NCBI RefSeq assembly: GCF_004010195.1
Contig: NC_057749.1
Location: 7,275,416 to 7,339,415, forward strand
DNA length: 64,000 nt
Source: Chiloscyllium plagiosum
Lineage: Eukaryota
Direction of reading: 5' to 3'
This document shows positions 48,303-59,796 of this stretch, piece by piece; within the stretch, counting starts at the first letter, position 1; every line of letters begins with the position of its first letter. The notes beneath the pieces were generated by a model. That model saw only the letters and a program-made list of their open reading frames with translations. It did no database searches and was not told the DNA's origin. The translations under genes were made by a program, and so were the position numbers.

Positions 48303-49749
48303 CCTGATGGTAACTTAGCTGACCTCAACTGCAACGTACCTGGACCAGGAAATTGGGGGCAAAGGGAAATCAGCCAATGGCCTCCTCTGGAAAGTGTGTG
48401 CCTCAGCTCAGGTATACATGTCATTGAGTCTGAGCAGATTGCATTGACGTTCTTCCAAAGCAGATGTCTCAAGTGTGGGATGCTGCTTGTCCTTCTGTAC
48501 CTTATTCACGTGGAGATCTTGTGGTACTGTACGTACCCGCTGAGCTCTGAGCTCCAGAGCCACGCAAAGACCTAATGGCCCCAGAAGGCATGTTGGTAAC
48601 ATGGCCAGACAGGTCAATTGCCACCTGTGAATCCTTCCAATATAGGGCAGGTGCTAAGGCCAGGAGTGGATCCCAGTTGGCTGAGGAACGAAAGGAGGAG
48701 TGGAGCCTGCGTAATCACCATGCATAAGAAAACTTGTTGCCACAACAATTCTGACTCCCTGAGTAAACCGTAACAATTCACCAGTTCTCCTACGGCTTTA
48801 TTTGTCACATCTGACTTTACATAATAAGTATTGACAGATCCGTTAACCACGTGACACAAAAATCTGTTTCTATATAAACAAGAACTGGAGTAAACCACGC
48901 AACCCACAAGCCTTTGATGCCATTTAATAAGATCATAATACCATAAAATATCAGTGAAGAATTAGGCCATTTGGCCCATCGAGGCTGCAATGCCTTTCAA
49001 TCGGGGCTGATATGTTTCTCTTATCACGAGACAGCATCGTTGATGCAAGAATATAATGCTTCAAATTCGTCGTTTCAGTCCAAAAAATTAAAAGGTGATC
49101 CACAACTATTGATATGACAATGAATTTCTGACAATAATGTCCTCAAATCTACCAATTATGAAAGGTTAGAAAAATCTTTTGAATACAAAACAATGCTTCA
49201 TTTCAAAATAGAACTCTCTCTCGATTTTCCTGCTCTCTCATGCAGGATTTTTCTTTTGTTTTTGGAAGTGTATTGGTACAAAGTAAATGCAATCTTTCAA
49301 CTGTTAATGAATGAAAGGAAAGATTCCCTCTTCCCAAGTCCAGGAATGAATCCGATTTTGAATTGCAGCAGTCCCACTTGGCTCCAGATATTTCAGTAAA
49401 GAATACACAATCTGGTACCCATAATGCCATGCAGAAGAAAGGCAGGTTTGTATTGACGTTTCCCTCAAGCTGAATTACCAATTGCCTCTCTCTTGAAAAT
49501 ACTTGCCTCTGGTCCTTCATGATCTCTGGCTAATTACCTATCTAGTCAGTACTATATTGTAGGAAAAACAGCAGTCAATCTGCACAGAGCAGTCATCCCT
49601 TTACTACTCCAGTCTACTCCAATCCATGTTTGAAAGTTTGTGTCTCATACCATTAACATTTACCTTACTCCAATTAAGAACTTGAACTTTTATGGAAGGC
49701 TTATCCTTTTCCACAATGATTCTAAAACTTAATAGAACTATGATCACTA

Positions 49750-50230
49750 GTCTGCATGGGTTTCCTCCGGGTGCTCCAGTTTCCTTCTACAGTCCAGAGA
49801 GGTGGCAGGTTAGTGGATTAGCCATGCTAAATTGCCAAATCATACACACATAAGAGCCAGTTTAGTTGGCACTGTGACACAATTGGTTAAAGACTTGACT
49901 TAGAAACAGGAGGTCCTGAATTTGAATCACAACAGTGTCTTAAAGATTGTCTTTGGAGAGTGCAGTCATAGCCCAGCAGTTAAAGCAATGGATTAGGAAT
50001 CCATTGAGGTCCTGTTAAATAGGTATTTAAATTCTGGCCAGGCTTCTCTTCATTGATGAGTTGAATCATGTGCCTAGGCAGGGATGTGCAGGCTAGGTGG
50101 ATTAGCCATTGGAAATGCAGGGTTACAGAGTGAGGGCAGAGGGATGTGTCTGAGTGGGATGCACTTCGGCGGGACAGTATGGAGTCACTGGGCTGAATGG
50201 CCTGCTTCCACACTGTAGGGGAGTTATGAT
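49750..50230 (+). mobile_element. HE1 SINE (headless) split by a 235-bp cassette
   Basis: HE1 core 49750-49836 (ends gctaaattgcc) resumes at 50079 with cagggatgtgcaggctagg. Confidence 0.75.
49868..49940 (+). pseudogene. Degenerate tRNA-Thr-like sequence
   Basis: 73 nt; acceptor stem GGCACTG/CAGTGTC+T pairs; ttggttaaag D-loop and aaacaggaggtcctg resemble vertebrate tRNA-Thr; T arm broken. Confidence 0.6.
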
Positions 50231-50929
50231 TTTATGGTCCCCTACTGACACTTCAGTGACTTGCCCTACCTTATCTCTCAAGAAAAAGTCAATTTTGCTG
50301 CTTCACTATTAGAAACATTTACATATTGATAAAGAAAGTTTTCTTGAACACATTTAGCAAATTCCTCACCATCCAAACCTTTAACACTATGGAAGTCCCA
50401 GTCAATTATAGGAAAATTAAAATCCCCTACTATTACAACCCGATTACTTTTAAATAAATCTGAGATCTCTCCAACTACTTGCTCCTCAATTTACCTCTGA
50501 CTATTGTCCTAGATTTTTTGCTCTGAAGTTGCTTCCCAAGTTTCTAGATGGGGGTCTTGAACCCACAATCTTAACTCGGAGGTAAGAGACTGTGCAATGG
50601 CTAATGCCTAAGGAAACATGCAAGTGATCTTTGATGGCAAGCTGCAAAAAGTCATATTGGATTTGAGACATTGCCTCTGTCTCTTTCTCCAGACTTGCTG
50701 AGTTTCTCCAGCACTTTTTGGTCTCAGTTCACATTTCTAGTCTCTGCAGTATTTTGCTTTAATTCATAAATTTGGTTACAACGGTTAAATTCCAGCCGGA
50801 TACCTGGGGAAAAGTAAGCCTTTCTCTTGACTGTCACAAAGCTATTTAGGTTTATGTAAGTGGGAGTGCCTACTTCTGGGAAAGAGACAGAGACTACACA
50901 GCCATTGTTTTATTCTGGAGATGTTCATT

Positions 50930-51240
50930 CAATCCCTACAGTGTGGAAGCAGGCTATTCAGCCCATTGAGTCCACACCGGCCCTCCAACCAGCATCCTAC
51001 CCACCTAACCTATCCCTACGACCTTGCATTTCCCATGGCTAATCTCCCTCGCCTGCACATCCCTGGACAGTATGGACAAATTAGCATGGCCAACCCACCT
51101 AGCTGGCAATCTTTGCACTGTGGGAGGCAACCAAAGGAACCCCACGGGGAGAAAGTGCAAACTCCACGCCTGAGGTTGGAATCAAACCTGGGTCCCTGGT
51201 CTGTGCAGCAGTAGTGCTGACAGCTGAGCCATTGAGTCAT
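50930..51240 (-). mobile_element. HE1 SINE (left arm of inverted duplication)
   Basis: aatccctacagtgtggaagcagg ... gctgagcc. Confidence 0.85.
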
Positions 51241-51261
51241 CCTCAATGTGCACTCTAAGAT

Positions 51262-51780
51262 TTATTATCCATGGCGTGTGAGCCCTGCACATAGACGGCC
51301 CCTGATACCAACTTGTCACAATGAACTGCAGGGAGTGCCACCATGCCAGGATATATTTGACACCTGATGTTGAGGGTGCTGGTGAGCTGGAGGAGGAGGT
51401 TCGGGCTGGCAAAGGAATTGGGACCCGCTCCTCCCCACAATGGAGTCTGTCGAATAAGCCTTCTCAGTTGCTCTTCCCTCCCTTTACTTGCCCTGCCAGC
51501 CACTCGCCAAATGGCAGTGTATGTGGTGGGGGGTGTGCTGCTCCCAGAACTGGAAGATGATACCCAGGATCCGGGACTGCTGCTGCTCCCGTTTACATGC
51601 CCCCACCCTGGCAGTGTGGAATGATATCGGGTTCCACTTGGTACACATGAGCTCTGTGTAACGCCCCCCACTCCTGCAAAGGTGGTATTTGTTGAATTTG
51701 CAGCCTTGCAATGAGTTTCTATCTGTGCTGTTGGCATAAGGGGCTGTCTATGTGCAGGGCTTAGGAACCATGAATAATAA
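51262..51780. repeat. Segment bounded by 51-bp inverted repeats
   Basis: 51262-51312 ttattatccatggcgtgtgagccctgcacatagacggcccctgataccaac matches the reverse complement of 51730-51780 without gaps. Confidence 0.85.
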
Positions 51781-51798
51781 CTCCTGTATTGAATATTG

Positions 51799-51950
51799 AG
51801 GACGGCACAGTGGCTCAGCGGTTAGCACTGCTGTGTGACAGCGCCAGGAAGCTGGGTTCAATTCCAGCCTCGGACAACTGTCTGTGTGGAGTTTGCACAT
51901 TCTCCCTGTGTCTGCGTGGGTTTCCTCTGGGTGCTCCGGTTTCCTCCCAT
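51799..51950 (+). mobile_element. HE1 SINE 5' half (right arm of inverted duplication)
   Basis: ggcacagtggctcagcggttagc...gggttcaattcc...gtggagtttgcacattctccc. Confidence 0.88.
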
Positions 51951-52118
51951 AATCCAGTTGACCTCATGTTACTCGGAGAAATGTTAGCACACCTCAATAA
52001 GTGGCTGAAGATGGATACAAATGTTTCAGCTTTGTCACAGAATCTAACAATCAGTGCAGAAAGAGGCCATTCAGCCCATCAGGTCTGTACGGCTCTCCAA
52101 ATCAGTATCTTGACTTGA

Positions 52119-53610
52119 TAGAGAGTCATAGAGTCATAGAGTCATAGAGATGTACAGCATGGAAACAGACCCTACGGTCCAACCCATCCATGCCGACCAG
52201 ATAGCCCAACCCAATCTAGTCCCACCTGCCAGCACTCGGTCCATATCCCTCCAAATCCTTCCTATTCATATACCCATCCAAATGCCTTTTAAATGTTGCA
52301 ATTATACCAGCCTCCACCACTTCCTCTGGCCGCTCATTCCATACACGTATCACTCCCCTTAGGTCTCTTTTATATCTTTCACCTCTCACCCTAAACCTAT
52401 GCCCTCTAGTTCTGGACTCCCCCACCCCAGGGAAAAGACTTTGTCTATTTATCCTATCCATGCTTTTCATGATTTTGTAAACCTCTATAAGGTCACCCCT
52501 CAACCTCCAATGCTCCAGGGAAAACAGCCCCAGCCTGTTCAGCCTCTCCCTGTAGCTCAAATCCTCCAACCCTGGTAATATCCTTGTAAATCTTTTCTGA
52601 ACCCTTTCAAGTTTCACAACATCTTTCCAATAGGAATGAGACCAGAATTGCACACAATATTCCAACAGTGGCCTAACCAATGTCCTGTACAGCCGCAACA
52701 TGACCTCCCAACTCCTGTACTCAATACTCTGACCAATAAAGGAAAGCATACCAAACACCTTCTTCACTATCCTATCTACCTGTGACTCCACTTTTAAGGA
52801 GCTATGAACCTGCACTCCAAGGTCTCTTTGTTCAGTAACACTCCCTAAGACCTTACCATTAAGCATATAAGTCCTGCTAAGATTTGCTTTCCCAAAATGC
52901 AGCACCTTGCATCCATCTGCCACTTCTCAGTCCATTGGCCCATTTGGTCAAGATCCTGTTGTAATCTGAGGTAACCTTCTTCGCTGTCCACTACACCTCC
53001 AATTTTGGTGTCATCTGCAAACTTACTAACTGTATCTCTTATGCTCACATCCAAATCCTTTATGTAAATGACAAAAGGTAGTGGACCCAGCATCGATCCT
53101 TGTGGCACTCCACTGGTCACAGGTCTCCAGTCTGAAAAACAACCCTCCACCACCACCCTCTGTCTTCTACCTTTGAGCCAGTTCTGTATCCACATGGCTA
53201 GTTCTCCCTGTATTCAATGAGATCTAACCTTGCTAACCAGTTTCCCATGAGGAACCTTGTCGAACTCCTTACTGAAGTCCATGTAGATCACATCTACCCT
53301 CTGCCTTCATCAATCCTCTTTGTTACTTCTTCAAAAAACTCAATCAAGTTTGTGATCCATGATTTCCCATGCACAAAGCCATGTTGACTATCCCTAATCA
53401 GTCCTTGCCTTTCCAAATACATGTACATTCTGTCCCTTAGAATTCCCTCCAACAACTTATCCACTACCGATGTCAGGCTCACTGGTCTATAGTTCCCTGG
53501 TTTGTCCTTACCACCCTTCTTAAACAGTGGCACCACATTAGCTAACCTCCAGTCTTCTGACAGCTCACCTGTGACAATTGATGATACAAATATTTCAGCA
53601 AGAGGCCCAG
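52119..53610 (-). mobile_element. HER1/CR1 LINE, 5'-truncated 1.5 kb; RT pseudogene
   Basis: ORF pieces DWRLANVVPLFKKG..NYRPVSLTS, SGVPQGS.LGP, KFADD, LEYCVQFWS; broken by stop/frameshifts; (agagtcat)n tail. Confidence 0.95.
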
Positions 53611-53832
53611 CACACATACATAAGAGCCAGTTTATGATACAATTGGGTAAGACTTGGCTTGTAAACGGGAGGTCCTGAATTTGATTCACAGCAGTGCCTT
53701 AAAAATCGTCTTTGGAGTATATAGTCATGGCCCAGCAGTTAAAGTAATGGATTAAAAATCCATTGAGGTCCTCCTGCATAGTATTAAATTCTGGTCATGC
53801 TTCTCTTCAATGATGAGTTGAATCATGTGCCT
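53611..53832 (+). repeat. Second copy of the tRNA-Thr-like cassette at 49841-50075
   Basis: Colinear similarity from cataagagccagttta to gatgagttgaatcatgtgcct; anticodon-loop-like cttgtaa (TGT, Thr). Confidence 0.85.
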
Positions 53833-53871
53833 CAGCAGCTAACCATTGGTGTCTTGGAACAACAAAAATAT

Positions 53872-54650
53872 ATTTGACTTGATCTGATTTATTATAGTCG
53901 CACATACCTAGGTACAGTGAAAAACTTGGTTTTGCATGCAGTGCAGACAGATCATACCACACAAAGTGCATTTGGGTAACAGAACAGATTGAGGAATACA
54001 ATGGTACGACTGCGGAGGAGGTGCACAAACCACGTAACATTAAATTTAAAATTTGAGAGTTCCTTTGAGAAGTTCAATAACGGCAGGGAATAAGCTGTTC
54101 TTGAATCTATTCAACAATGTATACAAACTTTTATATCTTCTGTCTGACAGAGGAAGGTGGAAGAGAATATAACCAGGGTGGGAGGGATCTTTGATCATGT
54201 TGCTTGCTTTCCCAAGGCAGCAGGAAGTATAGATGGAGCATAGATGGCACCATGTGATGGACTAGGCTGTGTTCACGACTCTCTATAGTTTCTTGCGGTG
54301 TTTGGAAGAACAGTTACCAGACCACGCTGTGATACATCCAAATAGGATGCTCTCTGTGGTGCATCTGTCAAAGTTGTTCAGAGTCCTTTTGGACATGCTC
54401 AATTTCCTTAGTCTCCTGAGGAAGTAGAGGCATTGTTGTGCAACCTTGAACACTGCGTTGATACGGGTGGACCAGGACTGATTGTTGGTGATCGTCATTC
54501 TCAACCACCTCCACCTCAGTACCATTGATGCAGACATGATCCACTCCACTTCCCAAAGTCAATGACCAGCTCCTTCTTTTCATTGATGTTGCTGAAGACA
54601 TAAGTTGATGGAGAGTAAGCGTTTCCAGCTGAGAGGAGTTGAGTCTGTGG
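53872..54650 (-). mobile_element. Rex1/Babar LINE 3' fragment
   Basis: KKELVIDF and AQQCLYFLRRLRK...ESILFGCITAWSGNC motifs; tail tttattatagtcgcacatacctaggtacagtgaaaa (reverse). Confidence 0.88.
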
Positions 54651-54694
54651 AAAAGGAAGTAGTCTGCACTTGTGGTGTATGAGGTTTTGTGAAC

Positions 54695-54930
54695 AGGAGA
54701 ATAGAAACATAGTAAATAGGAGAAGGAGTAGACCATTCAGCCCTTTGAACCTGCTGTGACATAATTGTGCTGGTAATCTGACTTAATACGCTATTCCTGC
54801 TTTCTCCTCATACCCTTTGATCCCTTTAGCCCCAAGAACTGTATCTATTTCCTTTTTGAAAACAAGGAATGTTTTGGCCTCAGTCACTTTCTGTAGAAGG
54901 GAATCACTCTCTGGGTGAAGAAACGTCTTC
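54695..54930 (-). mobile_element. CR1 3' fragment
   Basis: atagaaacatag...gaccattcagccc tail. Confidence 0.7.
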
Positions 54931-55974
54931 CTTTTGAACAAAAATAAACCTATGTGGAAGGCAGATTAGTTCTTGCATCTTCCTTTGCCCTACAAATGGA
55001 TGTTTACCAGATGAACCTGTCTTTCACATACAGTCACAGAGCTATACGACATGGAAACAGACCCTTCGGTCCAACTCACCCATACTGACCAGATATCCTA
55101 AGAAGAAATGTGGATTGCTAAAATCAAACTAAACACTGCAAAACTAAAAAGGGTTAAATTATGGGTGTTTCTTGACTCTACAAAAAACAATTTTGCCTGA
55201 AGGTATTTCAAAGAATGATAATGTTATCAATCCAGTTAGTAATTCCTGAGATGGTCAGGCACAGACAGCAAGGCACACATAATCCTACTCTTCCTTTCTT
55301 GATGGCTTTAATATGACAGCATTATTTCAATTTTGTTTTGAATAGATTAGATTTTCCTTCTCTTCATAGGGCTCTCCTTTAAAGAGACTGTATCACATCG
55401 TGACAGCCTACCTCGTTTGTGTCTGCCGACTATCAAAAAATCCAATCTAGAAAAAATACTGATTTACAATGGAATGTTTGAGGCTTGTGAGCACTGTCAA
55501 TACCCCGAGTAATTCCAATCTTCCAGCGGGCTAAAGCGATATCATTTCAAAGTGCATTCAACACTAAGTTCCCATGATTGGTGCAACTGGGGCACATGGG
55601 GAACTAAATAAAGCAAGTCCCAGGCTGTCATCTGGGCTTGTGCTAAAATAATCAGGCGGCTGTGAAGTCACCCCTTTTGGGTTAATGAAGAGCCTCATCA
55701 GGAGGGCATCCAATCTCCTGCATGGGGCCCAGGGGGTTCAGTTACAAAAGGAGGTTGCTGAAACTCAGCTTGTATTCTCTTCAATATGGATCTTGTTGGA
55801 GTGAGTTGATGTTTAAAACGTTTGGAAAGATCAACCCATCTCAAATTTAGAACTGGAGGGAAATCGGGAAACACAAAAAATCGGCAGAAACCAGAATTCT
55901 CACTTCCGAAAGGCTGCCAATGCTGCTCCATTTAAGACTGAGATCTCTGAATTGGAGTTATTTAATTACTTACT

Positions 55975-56518
55975 CAATTTACGGACTGTGGGCGTCGCTG
56001 GCTGGGCCAGTATTTATTGCCCATCCCTAGTTGCTCCTTGAGAAGGTGGTGTTGAGCTGCTTTCTTGAACCGCTGCAGTCCATGTGCTGTTGGTTGACCC
56101 ACATTGCCACTGGGGAGGGAATTTTAGGAATTTGACCCAGTTGACAGTGAAGGAACATCGATATATTTCCAAGTCAGGATGGTGAGGGGAACTTGAAGGA
56201 AATGGTGTTCCCATGTATTTGCTGCCTTTGTCCTTCTAGATGGAAGCAGCTATGGGTTTGGAAGGTGCTGTTTGAAGATCTTTGGTGAATTTTTGCAGTG
56301 CATCTTGGAGATGGTACACACTGCTACTACTGAACGTCGATGGTTGAGGGAATGGATGCTTGTGCATGCAGCGTCAATGAGTCAGGCTGCTTTGTCTTGG
56401 ATGGTTTCAAACTTCTTGAGTGTTGTTGGGGCTGCACTCATCCAGTCAAGTGGGGCATATTCTATCACAGTCTTCACTTGTGCCTTGCAGATAAAGTACA
56501 GGTTTTGGGGAGTCAGTA
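55975..56518 (-). mobile_element. CR1-clade LINE (second lineage) 3' fragment
   Basis: Antisense of YLQGTSEDCDRICPT / KKFETIQDKAA region homologous to 57590-58130; tail shared with SINE B. Confidence 0.8.
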
Positions 56519-56736
56519 GATTGCCCCAGGGTGTCAGGGATTATGGAGCTGAAGCACGCAACTGGAATTGAGAAGTATATCAGGCAAATCTAACCCAAAG
56601 CTAGAATAAGGTCAAGGGGATGAATGGCCTATTCCAGTTCCAATGTCCCTTTTTTTTAGCACTTGGATTCACATGGTGATGCTGAGAACTACTTCACTGC
56701 TCTTACCTACACTATTAAATGCCTCCTTCCATCTAT

Positions 56737-56950
56737 GGTTAGCTCAGCTGCTTGGAGGGCTGATTCGCAATGCAGAGTGACACCAACAGCATCGACTCAA
56801 TTCCCACACTGGTTGTGGTTACTGTGAAGGATCCTCCTTCTCAACCTCTCCCCTCGCCTGAGGCATGACGACCCTCAGGTTAAACTCACCACCAGCTATC
56901 TCTCTAATGAGAGCAGCTTTATGGTCTGGTGGGATCATGAGGATTATACT
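56737..56950 (+). mobile_element. SINE family C, near full length
   Basis: ggttagctcag head, ctcaattccc B-box-like, body and tail as in other copies. Confidence 0.75.
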
Positions 56951-57109
56951 TTTGCATATCAGTATATAAAAATTACAGCGCAGGGGACAGGAATCTTGTA
57001 TAAAGGTAAAGTCTCATTAGTTAGAAAGAGATACCTCAACTGGTGTGGGATTTGAACTCACGTTTCTGGCATCACTCTCCATAGGAAATCAGCTGTGAAA
57101 CCAACTGAA

Positions 57110-58130
57110 GTCATACCTAGCACAAAGCCATGTGGTTCTGCTTGTTGGAGGTCAGTCATCTCAGGCCCAGGACATCACTGCAGAAGTTCCTTGGAGTAGT
57201 GAGCTAGGTACACCCATCTTAAACTATTTTGTCAATCAACTATCCTCCATAAGTTTATAAGCGGGAATATTCGCTGGTAACTATTTCCAACTCAGAGACT
57301 TAAACAGTCCATGTCCAAATGTAGCAAAACCTGGACAATACCCAGGCTTGGGCTAACAAGTGTTGAGCAATATTCAGGCCACACAAGTGCAAGGCAGTGA
57401 CCATCTTCAAGAGAAAATCTAACCATCATCCCTTGGCATTTAATGGCATGATGATTGCTGAATTCTCCCATTCTCAAACTCCCGGGGTTACCATTGACCA
57501 GAAACTGAACTGGACCAGCCTACATGCTGTGGCTGCAGGAATTCTGTCAAAAATAACTCACCTCCTCACACTTCAAAACCTGCCCACCAGCTACACAGGG
57601 GCACAAGTTAGGAGTGTGATGGAATACTCCCCACTTGCCTGGATGGGTGCAGCTCCAACCACATTCAAGAAGCTTAACAGTATCCAAGACAATGTAGCCT
57701 GCTTAACTGGCCCTCCATCTCCCATCTTCAACATTCATTCCCTTCATCACTAATACACAGTGGCAGCTGTCTATACTATATACTAGATGCACTGCAATAA
57801 TTCACCAAGGCTCCTTCAATAGCACCTTTCAAATGTAACAACCCCCATCCTCGAGAAGGACAAGAGCAGCAAATACATGGGAACACCACACCCCATGAAA
57901 ATTCTCTTCCATGCCACTCACTACAATCGCTTGGAAATACACTTCTGTTCTTTCAGTATCATTGGGTCAAAATCCTGGAATTCCCTCCCTAACAGCACTG
58001 TGGATGTCCCTACACCCCAAGGTATGCATGGGTTCAAGCAGCTGACCACCAGCTTCTCCAGGATAACTAGAGATAGACAGCAAATGATATGCTAGGTAGG
58101 GATGCTTATGTCTCATGGAGGAATAAAAGA
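57110..58130 (+). mobile_element. CR1-clade LINE (second lineage) RT 3' fragment
   Basis: GVTIDQKLNWTS...AQVRSVMEYSPLAWMGAAPTTFKKLNSIQD...SLHH, later KSWNSLP. Confidence 0.85.
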
Positions 58131-58219
58131 AAGATATTCAATGGATCGACAGGTTCTGGAAAGGAAGAAATACTATAAGGACATTGGTTTCTTTATTCCT
58201 AAATGTTACTGGAAAGCGG

Positions 58220-58410
58220 GACACTTTGTCAGAGCTCCACCCCTTGCACTCATTAGGCGCAACACAAGATTGCCAAATGGCCTTCTCCATGGCAACTGGA
58301 TTTAACTTGCCACCCCAATCAGTCCCCTTTCTCCTATAGTATACATTGTAGTGATAGTTTGAAATTTGCCATTCTTGTATTTGTCCTGATGAGCTCTGGA
58401 AACCTGTCTA
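58220..58410 (+). mobile_element. PLE-like terminal fragment (family P4)
   Basis: tttgaaatttgccattcttgtatttgtcCTGATGAg matches the reverse complement of 17145-17182 and 37665-37695. Confidence 0.55.
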
Positions 58411-58802
58411 GCTTTTATTTGTTGCGTTAAAGCTGGACTGTCTTTCTGTTCTAATTTGGTGCAATGCCCTAATCACAGCCATTCATCTTCATGAAACACA
58501 AGATCACAGCCAAATCGTACAAGGATTCTAAACTGATTATATTATTCTTGATCATTGAGTTTACAATGCATAATGAAAGCTCTGGTGCCATGCTTCACAA
58601 TCCCAATATGACGACACCAAACTGTGGTTTGCTCCAAACATTTGTGCCAATTCTACTTTCAATATCGACATTCTTTGTGTATTAACATGAAATTACAATG
58701 CATCAAAAGGCACACCGCACAGACTTCAGATGACATGCAGCCAAGAAGATACACTTGTGTTCATCTCAATCTCTCCCAGAAATTCAGATACAATGCCATA
58801 CA

Positions 58803-59110
58803 ATCATAGATATCTACAGCACAGAAAAATGCCCTTCAGCCCATTGTATCTGTACTGGCCAAAAAGAACCAGCTTACCGTTCAAATCCCATTATCCAGCA
58901 CTTGGCCCATAGCCTTGTATGCCTTGTATTTCTTAAATGTTCTGAGGGTTTCTGTCTTGGCCACTCTTATAGGAAGGGAGTTCTAGATTCCTACCACCCT
59001 CTGTGTGAAAATGTTTTTCCTCATCTCCCCTCAAAGCATCCTGCCCTTAATTTAAATCTATGCCCCCCCATGTCATCAATCCCTGCATCAAGGGGAACAG
59101 ATATTTGGTC
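58803..59110 (-). mobile_element. CR1 3' fragment
   Basis: atcatagatatctacagcacagaa...cccttcagcccat tail. Confidence 0.75.
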
Positions 59111-59368
59111 CACTTAAGATATTCAATCACATTCTGATTATGGACAGTGACTAAATCAACATATACATTAGAACTGGGTGAAAGACCTTCTTTATGATGC
59201 TTGCTTAACAAGTGTCCTTCTTCAACAAAACCAAAAATGGTTCTAACACATCACACACTGTTTCCCCAGACAGTCAGGTGCATCAGGCCAAATGCTTTGG
59301 GTAACTCAAACTCCCACATAGGCTAGGCAAGTGGGCAAAGAAGTGGCAGATGGAATACAATATGGGAA

Positions 59369-59796
59369 CGATCCGCATCCATGAACACCAACTAGCCACG
59401 AAACGACACACTATCTTTAGTAGCCACACACGCAGATGACAAGCAACATGAATTCGACTGGGACAACACTACTATTATAGGACAAGCCAAACAGACAACA
59501 GTCAGGGAATTCCTAGAGGCATGGCACTCATCCACAGATTCAATCAATAAGCACATCGACCTGGACCCAATATACCGGCCACTGCAACGGACAGCTGGAA
59601 CTGACAACCGGAAGCAGCAGATTCAAACCACTACAAATGCCGGAGGAAAGATCACAGAAGCGCTTCACAGGAGGCTCCCAAGCACTGAGGATGTCACCTA
59701 GACAGGGGACGAAACGTCTGCAACACAAATTCCCAGCTCGGCGAACAGAACCACAACAACGAGCACCCGAGCTACAAATCTTCTCACAAACTTTGA
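59369..59796 (+). mobile_element. 5'-truncated Penelope/Poseidon-type element (family P5), GIY-YIG C-terminus
   Basis: RIHEHQLATKRH / LSLVATHADDKQHEFDWDNTTIIGQAKQTTVREFLEAWHS; perfect 12-bp TSD acaatatgggaa at 59357-59368 and 59797-59808. Confidence 0.9.
59682..59721 (+). ncRNA. Minimal type I hammerhead ribozyme motif (intact core)
   Basis: GCA-CTGAGGA-T-GTCACCT-agac-AGGGGAC-GAAA-CGTC^TGC; stem I GCA/TGC; predicted cleavage after 59718. Confidence 0.8.

Noticed and set aside
48545..48760. Possible RTE-type 5' end or HDV-like ribozyme
   Set aside because: Only a vague resemblance; I could not build the nested double pseudoknot by eye.
49868..49940. Functional tRNA gene
   Set aside because: T arm and anticodon arm pairing are broken and the B box is degenerate; kept only as a pseudogene.
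51255..51737. 160-aa Ser/Gly-rich ORF as a transposase remnant
   Set aside because: No DDE or other transposase motif; long ORFs occur on both strands because of local GC richness.
52216..53689. Functional reverse transcriptase gene
   Set aside because: 5'-truncated and split over three ORF pieces by stop/frameshifts; it is a dead CR1 copy.
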